Shown here: positions 48,313-58,403 of the stretch, piece after piece | Layout: the number at the start of each line of letters is the position of its first letter | Numbering within the stretch: the first letter of the stretch is position 1 | Assembly: GCA_048571215.1 (NCBI GenBank) | Contig: CP182352.1 | Location: forward strand, 1,792,001-1,856,000 | DNA length: 64,000 nt | Direction: 5' to 3' | Origin: Halarcobacter sp. | GTDB taxonomy: Bacteria; Campylobacterota; Campylobacteria; Campylobacterales; Arcobacteraceae | Notes under the pieces: model-generated | The model's database searches: none | The model's input: the letters and a program-made list of their open reading frames with translations, nothing else | What the model was told of the DNA's origin: nothing | Position numbers and translations under genes: made by a program

Positions 48313-50853
48313 ATGAAAATAAAAACTTTAAAAAACTATTTTAGAATATCAATCTTGACAATTACTATAAGCCTTTTTTTTATTTTTTATCTTTTTTCAT
48401 CAACTATCCACACTAACTTAACTAAACAAGAAAACCAAAAGACATCAGAGTCTTTATCAAAACAAATTTTTAATTCAATGTACCAAGTGATGAGAAAAGG
48501 TTGGTCAAGGGAAGATCTTGTAACATTTATAAATGTTACAAAAAGCTCATTTAAAGAGAGTTCTTACAAGGTTGAAATATTTAGATCTCATAAAGTTGAA
48601 GAGCTTTTTGGGACTATACCACAAGCTGATATTACAAATGATATAAAAAAAGTATTTGATACAAAAAAGAAATATTTTACATCAAAAGATAATAAGACAC
48701 AAATCATCACTCCAATACTTGCAAATGAGGAATGTTTAACTTGTCATACAAATGCAAAAAAAGGGGATATTTTAGGTGCAGTTGAAATCTCCTATGATTT
48801 TAACGATATTATAAATGAAACACAATTTAATTATTTTATTTTTTCTCTTATTATTTTGCCAGTTATGATAATAGCAGCTTTCTTATTATCAGGTAATCTA
48901 CTAAAAAAAATCAATCGCTCATTAACTAATTTTAATGAAAAATTAGAAAATATCAATAGTGTAAAAGATTTTAAAAATTTAGACACTACAAATACAAAAG
49001 AGAGTTTTAAAGAGTTTCATCTACTTATGAATGGTTTAAATGATTTAAGTAACAAACTAAAAAATATAGCAGTTGATAAAAGTATTTTGGAGTTTGAAGT
49101 TAAACTACTTGATAAGATGGTTATTACCTCAGATATAATTAGAGATTGGAAAGATTATATAAAAGATTTATTACACGAAATAAATATTGTTTTACCAGTT
49201 TATTGCTTAATAACTATTTTTAAAACAAATGATGAATTTTATGAAATAGAGATATTTTGGCTTGGTAAACCTAGTGATAAAGTATTAAAATATATGAATA
49301 ATATAGCAAAAGACTTAATAAAAACCCATCATAACTTAGATATTGTAGAGTGTGTTATTAATAATAACTTTACAAATGAAGAGTTTTGTTTAACCTCTCT
49401 TGCAATAGATGATATAGAGCATGAAGCAAAATCTTTATTGTTAGATTCTCCTAAAATTGGGGGAATAGTAGGTCTTGGTATCCAATCTAAACTAAATAAA
49501 GACTCTATTCAATCTATAGTTATAGATTCAATTTTAACCACTTTACTAAATCTTGTAGGTTCTATAAAAGCTATAAACAAATACACTGAAAATTTAGAGT
49601 TTTATGCCACAAGAGACCCACTTACTGGTTTATTTTCTCAAAGAGTATTTAGAGACTTAGTTGAATATGAAATAAAAAGAGCTGGAAGACATGAATATAA
49701 ATTTGGACTTCTAGTAATTGATTGTGATAATTTTAAACCAATAAATGATACTTATGGTCATAGTTTTGGTGATGAATTTTTAAAAGCATTTGCTGATGTT
49801 TTAACCTCTTCAAAAAGGGATGAAGATATTTTATCTAGATATGGGGGAGATGAATTTACTGTAATTTTACCTGAAAGTAATGAACAAGAGACATATACTG
49901 TAGCAAATAGAATTCTACGAAATGTAGAAAACTTAAAACTAAATGCACCTGATGGAACAAAATGTAATATGACTGTATCGATAGGTATTGCAGTGTTTCC
50001 TGACCACTCAAAAGAATCAAAAGAGTTGTTTAATATTGCTGATGCGATGATGTATGAAGCAAAAAATGAGGGTAAAAACTCAATAAGATTCCCTAATGAA
50101 GCAGAAATTGAAGAGATTCATAGGGATAGTGAAGATAAATCTATGATAGTTTTAGATGCAATTAGAAATGAAAATATAATTCCACACTTCCAACCTATTG
50201 TTGATGTTAAAACTGGTGTTTGTGAGATAAATGAACTTCTTATGAGAATTGAGATTGATGATGAAATATTACCAGCTGGAAGATTTATCGAAACAGCAGA
50301 AAGTCTTGGAATTGTTCATAAAATGGATTATATAGTTATAGAAAAAGCTTTTGAAAAAATCAAAGAGACTAATTATAAAGGCTTATTATTTGTAAACCTA
50401 TCACCAAAGGCACTAATAATTGGTGAATTTATTAATAAAATCGTTAATCTTACAAATATATATGAGATAGACAAATCTCAAATAGTATTTGAGATAACAG
50501 AAAGGGAAACTGTAAAAAGTTTCTCATTACTTGAAAAGTTTGTTCAAAACCTTAAACTTGAAGGCTTTAGTTTTGCCATAGATGATTTTGGTTCTGGATT
50601 TTCATCTTTTCACTATATAAAAAGATTCCCTATTGATTATATAAAAATTGATGGTGATTTTATTGTAAATATACACAAAGATGAAAAAGATTATGCCTTT
50701 GTTAAATCAATTGTTGCTTTAGCAAAAGATTTAAATGTAAAAACTATTGCTGAATTTGTTGAAAATGAAGAGATTTTAAAATTTTTAAAAGATATTGATA
50801 TTAATTTTGCACAAGGATATCACTTAGGTAAACCTAATAAAAACCTTTCATAA
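48313..50853 (+). CDS. GGDEF/EAL protein with periplasmic CxxCH domain
   Basis: CLTCH between TM segments, RYGGDEF, ELL-type EAL, DDFGSG. Confidence 0.9.
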   Translation: MKIKTLKNYFRISILTITISLFFIFYLFSSTIHTNLTKQENQKTSESLSKQIFNSMYQVMRKGWSREDLVTFINVTKSSFKESSYKVEIFRSHKVEELFGTIPQADITNDIKKVFDTKKKYFTSKDNKTQIITPILANEECLTCHTNAKKGDILGAVEISYDFNDIINETQFNYFIFSLIILPVMIIAAFLLSGNLLKKINRSLTNFNEKLENINSVKDFKNLDTTNTKESFKEFHLLMNGLNDLSNKLKNIAVDKSILEFEVKLLDKMVITSDIIRDWKDYIKDLLHEINIVLPVYCLITIFKTNDEFYEIEIFWLGKPSDKVLKYMNNIAKDLIKTHHNLDIVECVINNNFTNEEFCLTSLAIDDIEHEAKSLLLDSPKIGGIVGLGIQSKLNKDSIQSIVIDSILTTLLNLVGSIKAINKYTENLEFYATRDPLTGLFSQRVFRDLVEYEIKRAGRHEYKFGLLVIDCDNFKPINDTYGHSFGDEFLKAFADVLTSSKRDEDILSRYGGDEFTVILPESNEQETYTVANRILRNVENLKLNAPDGTKCNMTVSIGIAVFPDHSKESKELFNIADAMMYEAKNEGKNSIRFPNEAEIEEIHRDSEDKSMIVLDAIRNENIIPHFQPIVDVKTGVCEINELLMRIEIDDEILPAGRFIETAESLGIVHKMDYIVIEKAFEKIKETNYKGLLFVNLSPKALIIGEFINKIVNLTNIYEIDKSQIVFEITERETVKSFSLLEKFVQNLKLEGFSFAIDDFGSGFSSFHYIKRFPIDYIKIDGDFIVNIHKDEKDYAFVKSIVALAKDLNVKTIAEFVENEEILKFLKDIDINFAQGYHLGKPNKNLS

Positions 50854-50891
50854 TGTTATTGTTTTGTTATTAATAAATGGTATAATACATT

Positions 50892-52265
50892 ATGAAAGAT
50901 AAAGTATATGTATTAGATACCAATATTATCCTACAAAATGTACAAAACCTAAATAGAATATCTGACAATAACACTAATGTACTTGTTATACCTGAAACAG
51001 TTTTATTAGAATTAGAGGACAAAAAAAAACTAACAAATGAGTTAGGTTATTATTCTAGAGAATTTGCACGACTGCTAGCTAATATGAAAATAAAAGAGGT
51101 TGATTATAAAAGTGGCTTTAAGGTTGTTAAACTCTTCAATAATGAGTTAAACTTACATATTATCTCAAAAGATAAATACGAATCCCAAATTGAACAAGTT
51201 CATATAAGTGAAAGCAATGACAAAAGAATAATTGAGGTTGCAGTTATTGCCCAAGATTATTATAAGGGTGCAAAAACATTCTTCTTATCACTTGATGTTT
51301 ATGCTAGAACTTTTGCTTTATTTAAAGGAATTAAAGCTGAAACTTTACATGATGATAAATCTACAGTTCCTAAATTTGAGTTTCTCAAATATCTAAAACT
51401 TGACTCATCACTATTTAATAGTTTAGAAGGTAGTGATATAGAATTATATGACCCTGAGTATAGTTATGAAAACTTTTGTTATGCCTTTGAAAGTGAAGAT
51501 GGAAACTCAACTTTTGCAATAATCATAAATAAAAAGATTTTTCTTTTAAATGAATCAGATTTTAAAGCCTTGCAAGTAAAACCTGTAAATCTAAAACAAA
51601 AACTATTTATGAAAGCTATTTTATCTAAGATGTTTGATTTACTTGTAATTGATGCAAAAGCAGGTTCTGGAAAAACTTTGATGTCTATAGTTTCAGCAAT
51701 GAGACTAATTGATTTAGGACAATATACTAAAATAGTTTATGTTAGAAACTCTATTGAATCTCTTGATAAAGGTGCTGATGTAGGTTTTTTATCTGGAAAT
51801 GATGAAAAATTTAGAATCTATAATATGGCTTTACAAGATACTTTAGAGTTTATCGCAAAAAAACAATTAAAAAAGAATGAAAATAGAGAAAATAAAGAAT
51901 CAATTGAGTCTAAAATATCTGAACTAACCTCAAGATATTGTATAGAAACTTTATGGCCAGGGGAAGCTAGAGGAAGAACTCTATCAGAAGCTATTGTTAT
52001 AATGGATGAATGGCAAAACTCTTCTGAAAAAACCACACAACTAATCCTTAGTAGACTTGATGAGTCGTGTATGGCTATAATTATTGGTTCAAATAGACAA
52101 ATTGATAACTTATATCTAAATAAATATAATAATGGTTTAACAACCCTACTTAAACGAACAAAAGAAAAACATCCAGAACTAAATATGTTTGCAATAGAAC
52201 TTGAAAAAGCAGTTCGTGGTAAATTTGCAGAGTTTACCGAAAGAATATTTGAAAGGAAAAAATAA
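50892..52265 (+). CDS. PIN-PhoH family protein
   Basis: YVLDTN PIN start, AGSGKT, RGRT, DEWQN. Confidence 0.9.
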   Translation: MKDKVYVLDTNIILQNVQNLNRISDNNTNVLVIPETVLLELEDKKKLTNELGYYSREFARLLANMKIKEVDYKSGFKVVKLFNNELNLHIISKDKYESQIEQVHISESNDKRIIEVAVIAQDYYKGAKTFFLSLDVYARTFALFKGIKAETLHDDKSTVPKFEFLKYLKLDSSLFNSLEGSDIELYDPEYSYENFCYAFESEDGNSTFAIIINKKIFLLNESDFKALQVKPVNLKQKLFMKAILSKMFDLLVIDAKAGSGKTLMSIVSAMRLIDLGQYTKIVYVRNSIESLDKGADVGFLSGNDEKFRIYNMALQDTLEFIAKKQLKKNENRENKESIESKISELTSRYCIETLWPGEARGRTLSEAIVIMDEWQNSSEKTTQLILSRLDESCMAIIIGSNRQIDNLYLNKYNNGLTTLLKRTKEKHPELNMFAIELEKAVRGKFAEFTERIFERKK

Positions 52266-53938
52266 TTCAAAATCGAATAATAAATGATACTATTTACAAT
52301 CATATCCAATACACAAAACTTGAAGATAAACTACTTCAAACAAAGATTGTAAATAGATTACAGTTTATAACACAAAATGCCCTTGCATATTTTTCTTACC
52401 CTTCAATTACAACTAAAAGATTTATACACTCTTTAGGGTGTATGCATCTAAGTTCATTTATTTTTAAAAATGCCCTACTAAATGCCAATAAAGATACAAA
52501 AGATGAATTCTTAAAATCACTTAAAAAAGTTTTAAAAGGGGTTATTAAAGATAATAATCTAAATATAAAAATAGATGATTTAAGTTATTTTGATAATAAA
52601 GCTTTATATCAATTTACTATCCCAACAAAGAGTAAAAAAAATAGAGTTGTATATACTATAATTTTACAAACAATTAGAGTAGTTGCCCTACTTCATGATG
52701 TGGGACATTTACCCTTTTCCCATCAAGTTGAAAACTCTTTAAAAAATGTTTATGAAAATCTAAAAAATAAAACCATGCTCAATGCAAAGGAGTTGGAGTT
52801 TAAAGAGATTTATGAAAATATAACAAATAATGAAAACCTAATTCTGCATGAAGCTATAGGAAAACAGTTTTTAAATCTTCTTTTTGAGTATGAAATCTTT
52901 GATTTTATAAATACAAAAGAGGAACAAGAATATATAAAACTTATAAAAATTGTTGCAAGTTATATGCTTGAAAACAGAGTCTATAAAGGTTTTGACTTTA
53001 AGGTTTTACATAGAATAATTGATAGTACAGTTGATGCAGATAGATTAGATTATATAAATAGAGACATGCTTGCAAGTGGTTATATAACAGGGGCGAATGA
53101 TCATATTAGAATCACAAAAGAAGCAGTTCTAATAAAAGATAAAAAAGAGTTTTATATTAGCTTCTTTGATATGAGTTTAATCGACATAGAACATATGTTA
53201 GAGATGAGATTTAATCTATATAAAAAAGTGATTTACAATCATGGTATTGCTAAAACTGATGCTCTTTTGGAAAATGTTGTGCAATATCTATGTGATAAAT
53301 ATTTTGATAATAAAATCATAGATGATAAACCATCAAACTCCATATCTATGCTTTGGAAGTTTTTCTATGAAAAAAATGATGATAAAAAACTTGATTTGAT
53401 TAGTTTACTTGATGAAAACTGGCTAATTTCATTTTTCAAAACTGAATATTTTAATATAAAAAAGAAAAAAACTCTAAGCCAAGAGGACATAAAATATAAA
53501 TACTGTTTTGAAGAAGTACTTTTTGGAAAAAGATTTTTTAGATCGCCATGGAAAAATTTAAATGAATTTTATAATGTTTTAGAGTTTTCTACAGTTCAAA
53601 GATATCAATTTAGGGAAAGTTTTGGTTATATAAGTGGAAACAAATATAAAAACTTAAAAGATAGTCTTGAAGAGTTTGTAAAAAAATTTGAATCAGAAGA
53701 TAAAAATATATTTTTTACTTACCAAATAGTATCCTTCAGTCTAGGAGTAGAAAAAGACTTTAAACTCTTTGACGGTCAGAATATAATCTTTATAGATGAG
53801 ATTTCAACCCTAAGAAAAAGATTAAAACAATCAATGAGAAATACAGTCCCTTTTTATATCTACTCAAACAACAAAGAACTAAGCCAAGAGATGAAAGACA
53901 AGTTAAGAGATATAATCTTTGAAGTTTTCAAAGATTAA
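52265..53938 (+). CDS. HD domain phosphohydrolase (dNTPase-like), probable ATT start
   Basis: LLHDVGHLPFSH, DADRLDY; conserved N-terminus (IINDTIY..RLQFITQ..YP...RFIHSLG) lies upstream of the first ATG at 52442. Confidence 0.82.
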   Translation: MQNRIINDTIYNHIQYTKLEDKLLQTKIVNRLQFITQNALAYFSYPSITTKRFIHSLGCMHLSSFIFKNALLNANKDTKDEFLKSLKKVLKGVIKDNNLNIKIDDLSYFDNKALYQFTIPTKSKKNRVVYTIILQTIRVVALLHDVGHLPFSHQVENSLKNVYENLKNKTMLNAKELEFKEIYENITNNENLILHEAIGKQFLNLLFEYEIFDFINTKEEQEYIKLIKIVASYMLENRVYKGFDFKVLHRIIDSTVDADRLDYINRDMLASGYITGANDHIRITKEAVLIKDKKEFYISFFDMSLIDIEHMLEMRFNLYKKVIYNHGIAKTDALLENVVQYLCDKYFDNKIIDDKPSNSISMLWKFFYEKNDDKKLDLISLLDENWLISFFKTEYFNIKKKKTLSQEDIKYKYCFEEVLFGKRFFRSPWKNLNEFYNVLEFSTVQRYQFRESFGYISGNKYKNLKDSLEEFVKKFESEDKNIFFTYQIVSFSLGVEKDFKLFDGQNIIFIDEISTLRKRLKQSMRNTVPFYIYSNNKELSQEMKDKLRDIIFEVFKD

Positions 53939-54010
53939 TATTTCAAATTGCAATATTTTTAATAAAAAACTTTTTTTATTGTTAAAATACAAATAAAAAA
54001 GGTTATTTCA

Positions 54011-54376
54011 ATGTCTATTTTGGGAAAGTGTCCCTACTGTGATGGAAGTGTAATTTCAAAAAAAATCACGGTGAAGGGGAAGAATATCAAACTATATACT
54101 TGTGAAAATGCAAAAAAAGAGTATGATGAAGCTGAACAATATGTTTTTACACATGATTCAACTTGTAGGTTTAGAGTATATTCAAATACATTTTTAAGAT
54201 ATAACAAACGCTCATTTAGTGAATATGAGATGAGAAATCTACTTAAAGACAATCAAGTTATTGTAAGACTTCATGGGAAAAAAGGTGGAAATGAATACTT
54301 TAAATACGCCATACCACATGAAGAGTATGGAGTATCTATTTTATGGGAAGAGGAAGTTGAAAAAGAGGTCTCTTAA
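54011..54376 (+). CDS. Hypothetical zinc-ribbon protein (topoisomerase C-terminal repeat-like)
   Basis: LGKCPYC...YTC.N...C.F. Confidence 0.65.
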   Translation: MSILGKCPYCDGSVISKKITVKGKNIKLYTCENAKKEYDEAEQYVFTHDSTCRFRVYSNTFLRYNKRSFSEYEMRNLLKDNQVIVRLHGKKGGNEYFKYAIPHEEYGVSILWEEEVEKEVS

Positions 54377-54966
54377 TCACAAATATTATCTTTTAAAATT
54401 GCTTCCTCTTTTTTTAAATATGCACATTTTTCTTTACTAAGTGTAGAGTTTGAGATTTTTGCATTCCAAAAAATCACCCCATCTATTTTAAGTGATGAAA
54501 AATCTACACCATTAAAACTAGAATAAGCAGCTCCTGCATTGGAAAAATCTACATTTTCAAAACTTGCCTCAAAAAATCTTGCAGACCAAATAGATAAGTT
54601 CATACATTTTAGGTTTGCAAAAGTTGCAGTTGAGAAATTCACACCTTTGAAAATAGTATTATCACATTTTGCATCTACTAACTCAACAGCCTCTAAATTT
54701 GAAGCTCTGATATTTGCATTATTCAAATTTGTATTGCTAAGATTTACTCCCCACATATTTGACTTTACAAAACTTGAGTTTTCTAAATTCGCTCCATTTA
54801 GATTTGAGCCAGATAAATTAGCTCCATCAAAATTTTTATTTGATAAATCTGCCCCACTTAGATCACACTCTTGGCAATCTTTTGTATTTAAAAATTTATC
54901 TAAATCTATTTGATTATATGCAAAAAGTGAAATAAAACTAAAAAATAAAACAATTATTGATTTCAT
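54373..54966 (-). CDS. Pentapeptide repeat protein
   Basis: CQECDLSGADLS..ANLSGSNLNGANL repeats; signal peptide. Confidence 0.9.
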   Translation of the reverse strand: MKSIIVLFFSFISLFAYNQIDLDKFLNTKDCQECDLSGADLSNKNFDGANLSGSNLNGANLENSSFVKSNMWGVNLSNTNLNNANIRASNLEAVELVDAKCDNTIFKGVNFSTATFANLKCMNLSIWSARFFEASFENVDFSNAGAAYSSFNGVDFSSLKIDGVIFWNAKISNSTLSKEKCAYLKKEEAILKDNICD

Positions 54967-54972
54967 AATATA

Positions 54973-55356
54973 CTACTTTACACTTTTTAATATTTCTAAA
55001 AGTTGGGCTTCTCTTGTACCACCAATTTTTTTTGATATAAGTTTCATATCCTTGGCATCTGCAAAAAAAAGTGTTGGGATACCTATAAATTTATATGGTA
55101 AAATATCTTTATCTTTTTTTATATCCATAACAACAGATAGAAAATTAGAATTCACATATGAAGCCACCTCTTTATCTTTAAAAACTTTTTTCTTCATATA
55201 GTTACACTCAGGGCAAGTTGGTGTTGAATACATAATCATAAGTTTTTTATTTTGAGAAATTGCCTTTTGTTTTGCTGTATCTAAATCTTTTTCAAAATTT
55301 ATAGATGAAGCAAAAAGTGAAAAACAAAATATAAACAAAAATATTAAAACTCTCAT
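54973..55356 (-). CDS. Thioredoxin-like periplasmic protein
   Basis: Signal peptide, CPEC, GIPT. Confidence 0.85.
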   Translation of the reverse strand: MRVLIFLFIFCFSLFASSINFEKDLDTAKQKAISQNKKLMIMYSTPTCPECNYMKKKVFKDKEVASYVNSNFLSVVMDIKKDKDILPYKFIGIPTLFFADAKDMKLISKKIGGTREAQLLEILKSVK

Positions 55357-55368
55357 TATAATCCTTTT

Positions 55369-55650
55369 TTAATCTTCTCTTGAAGTTGTTTCTAAAAGAT
55401 GGTATCCAAACTCAGTTTTAACAGGACCATGTACAACATTTACAGCCTCATTAAATACTACTTTATCAAACTCTTCAACCATATCACCCTCTCTAAACTT
55501 ACCTAAATCTCCACCATTTGCTCCAGATGGACAAGTAGAATACTCTTTTGCTAAATCTTCAAACTTCTCACCATTTTCAATTCTTTTTTTTAAATCTAAA
55601 CATAAATCTTCACTATCTACTAAAAGATGTCTTGCTGTTGCTATTGCCAT
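55369..55650 (-). CDS. ppiC: Parvulin peptidyl-prolyl isomerase
   Basis: ARHLLV, CPSG..GGDLG, PVKTEFGYH. Confidence 0.92.
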   Translation of the reverse strand: MAIATARHLLVDSEDLCLDLKKRIENGEKFEDLAKEYSTCPSGANGGDLGKFREGDMVEEFDKVVFNEAVNVVHGPVKTEFGYHLLETTSRED

Positions 55651-55677
55651 TTTTTTTCCTTATTTTTAATAATCAAA

Positions 55678-57045
55678 TCACTTCTCATAAGCTTTTAAAA
55701 ATTTTCCTTTAACTTTGTTTTTATTTAAACCAATTAAAGCCTTATCTAAAACCTCTTTTTTAACTGCCACATAAGATGAAAAAGGCAGAATATCTATTTT
55801 TCCAATATCATCTTTATTAAGTTTTATACCTGCTGTCAAAGCACCTAGTATATCCCCTGCTCTTAGTTTATTTTTTTTGCCACTATTTAAATATATAGTT
55901 CTATATTTTGCATCAATATCATAAACTTTATCATTATTTATATTAGAAATATCTTCTATATTTAAATTAAATTTCTCTTCTAAAAACTCTTTTTTATTTT
56001 CATCTTTTGAGGTCAATAAACTAACAGCTAAACCTTTTTTCCCTGCCCTTGCTGTTCTTCCTATACGATGGGTATGGGTATGCAAATCTCTTGCCATATC
56101 ATAGTTTATAACTAAAGAGATATCATCTATATCTAAACCCCTTGAAGCTATATCTGTTGCAATTAGAATTGGATAAGATTTATTTGAAAAAAGTATTATT
56201 ATCTCATCCCTTTGTTTTTGGTCCATATCTGAGTGTAAAACTAAAACATCCAAACCAAAATCATACAAACTATTTGATAACTCATCACACTCAACTTTTG
56301 TATTACAAAAAATCAAAGTTGAATCTGCTTCATTTGATGTTATTAGGGGAATAATTAAATTAGTTTTTTGAGTGTCTAAAACCTCATAGAACTTTTGGTT
56401 TATAGTTTTTTCATCATGACTTGTTTCATCTTTTATATATAGTGGGTCTTTTGTTATTGCTTCACATAAACTTTTTACCCCATCATCATATGTTGCAGAA
56501 AATAAAAGGGTTTGTCTCGTTTTTGAAAGGCTATCTATAATCTTCATTATATCTTCATGAAAACCCATGTCTAACATTCTATCTGCTTCATCCAAAACTA
56601 AAAAACTTAATTTTGGAAATTCAATTTTAGTTTCAAAAATATGTTGTAAAACTCTACCAGGAGTTCCTACAGCTATATGAGCTCCAAACTTTAAAGACTC
56701 AACTTGAGCTTTATAAGGAACTCCTCCAATCAAAGTCAAAACCTTTACATTATGAATATGTCGAGCAAGTTTTCTAATCTCCAAAGCAACTTGATTTGCT
56801 AATTCTCTAGTAGGAACTAAAATCAAAGCTTGTATATTGAAATCTTTTACATCTAAGTTCTTAATTATTGGGATTGAAAAAGCTGCTGTTTTTCCAGAAC
56901 CTGTTTTAGCTTGTGCAACCACATCATTTTTTTCTAAAATAGGTTTTATACACAATGACTGAATTTTAGTCATTTGACTAAAACCCATTGAGTCTATATT
57001 TTTTACAAACTCTTCACTTATATTTAGTGTCTTAAACTTTTCTAT
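55678..57045 (-). CDS. dbpA: DEAD-box RNA helicase DbpA, probable ATA start
   Basis: GSGKT, PTRELA, DEAD, SAT, HRIGRTAR, C-terminal GKKNKLRAGDILGAL; the Q motif begins upstream of ATG 56988. Confidence 0.9.
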   Translation of the reverse strand: MEKFKTLNISEEFVKNIDSMGFSQMTKIQSLCIKPILEKNDVVAQAKTGSGKTAAFSIPIIKNLDVKDFNIQALILVPTRELANQVALEIRKLARHIHNVKVLTLIGGVPYKAQVESLKFGAHIAVGTPGRVLQHIFETKIEFPKLSFLVLDEADRMLDMGFHEDIMKIIDSLSKTRQTLLFSATYDDGVKSLCEAITKDPLYIKDETSHDEKTINQKFYEVLDTQKTNLIIPLITSNEADSTLIFCNTKVECDELSNSLYDFGLDVLVLHSDMDQKQRDEIIILFSNKSYPILIATDIASRGLDIDDISLVINYDMARDLHTHTHRIGRTARAGKKGLAVSLLTSKDENKKEFLEEKFNLNIEDISNINNDKVYDIDAKYRTIYLNSGKKNKLRAGDILGALTAGIKLNKDDIGKIDILPFSSYVAVKKEVLDKALIGLNKNKVKGKFLKAYEK

Positions 57046-57055
57046 ATCGCCCTCT

Positions 57056-57595
57056 TTATATTTTTTTGAAATAGTATGTCCCTATTAATACAATTAGTAA
57101 TATTATAGCTATCCCATAATATTTATACTCATCAGCATAAGTTAAAACAACTTCTCCCAACATAAAACTTACACTTCCTACTACAATTGCCCATAAAACC
57201 GTAGCAAAACCATTATAAATAGTAAACTTTTTAAATGAGTATTTTGTAAGTCCCATTGCAAGTGGTATTAAAGTTTTTACCCCATAAATATATTTTTGTA
57301 TAAATACAACTAAAGAACCATACCTTCTCATCAAAAGGTGAGATAAAGCCACTTTTCTACCATATTTTTTCATAATATCACTTGCATAAACTTTATTGGT
57401 TCTTGCCATATAAAACAAAAACTGATCACCAATAAAATTTGAACTTCCAGCAACAATCATTGAGATAAATATATTTAAATCTCCTGCATAAGATAAAACC
57501 CCAGCTATTACAAGTCCTACAAATCCTCCACCAAACGAATATAAAAAAAGTATCAAGTATGCTAAATACCCACCATTTCTTATTAAATCTTCCAA
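57056..57595 (-). CDS. DedA family membrane protein
   Basis: GDQFLFY, KYIYGVKT..P..G, hydrophobic. Confidence 0.85.
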   Translation of the reverse strand: MEDLIRNGGYLAYLILFLYSFGGGFVGLVIAGVLSYAGDLNIFISMIVAGSSNFIGDQFLFYMARTNKVYASDIMKKYGRKVALSHLLMRRYGSLVVFIQKYIYGVKTLIPLAMGLTKYSFKKFTIYNGFATVLWAIVVGSVSFMLGEVVLTYADEYKYYGIAIILLIVLIGTYYFKKI

Positions 57596-57596
57596 A

Positions 57597-58229
57597 TTAT
57601 ACCTCTATATTAAAATATTCTAATGACTCTAAAATTTCGTCATCATCCAAATCCAAACTATCATCTGCTAACATTTTTTTTAATCTTTTTATTATAAATA
57701 AATATACTTTTTCTCTTACATCTTTTATATCATCTACAATAACAAAACCATTAAACTGAATATCATTGTCATAAAATACCAAGATACCATCACAGTTATT
57801 TTCAATAAACTCAGAAATATCTCTATATGTGATATCACAAGGGATACAATGCCAACCATACTCTTCTAAAATATCATCTTCAAATATCTCTATTCCATCT
57901 GTTTGATGATCGAAATAAAGCATTTTTGATTGGTTTAATGAAATCACCTCTTGCCAAGCATTGATTGGATTTAAAACGCATATACTACCATTTATTTCTG
58001 GTTTATAATCTTTAAAGATATTAGAGGCTAAGTTTTTTGCATCTAATAATAATGATTTATTATCATTTTTATTATATTTATATATAATTGGTTTTTTTAT
58101 ATCACTATTTATATCTTGATTAATTTCTCCAAAAATATCAATCTCAAACTCTTTTTTAGAAGAAATAATATTTAATATTTTTATAATGTCAATTTTTATT
58201 TTTATATCTTTTATAGCTATATGTTCCAA
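57597..58229 (-). CDS. Hypothetical protein
   Basis: TTG start at 58229 after GGAGG. Confidence 0.7.
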   Translation of the reverse strand: MEHIAIKDIKIKIDIIKILNIISSKKEFEIDIFGEINQDINSDIKKPIIYKYNKNDNKSLLLDAKNLASNIFKDYKPEINGSICVLNPINAWQEVISLNQSKMLYFDHQTDGIEIFEDDILEEYGWHCIPCDITYRDISEFIENNCDGILVFYDNDIQFNGFVIVDDIKDVREKVYLFIIKRLKKMLADDSLDLDDDEILESLEYFNIEV

Positions 58230-58403
58230 TATAACACCTCCAAATGAAATCAGATTGTAACAAAATAAAGATAAAATCCATAATCTACAATAAATTAGTA
58301 ATAAAATAAGAAATTTTCTAATTTTAAACAAATTTTGTCTATTTTTTTACATTTCTTAAGTTTAATTTATGCTATACTAACTCATCAAAAAAAAAGGTTT
58401 TGT

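Noticed and set aside
50892..53938. PIN-PhoH plus HD protein as an anti-phage system
   Set aside because: Host-like composition and housekeeping context, with no mobility or defence-island signal in the sequence
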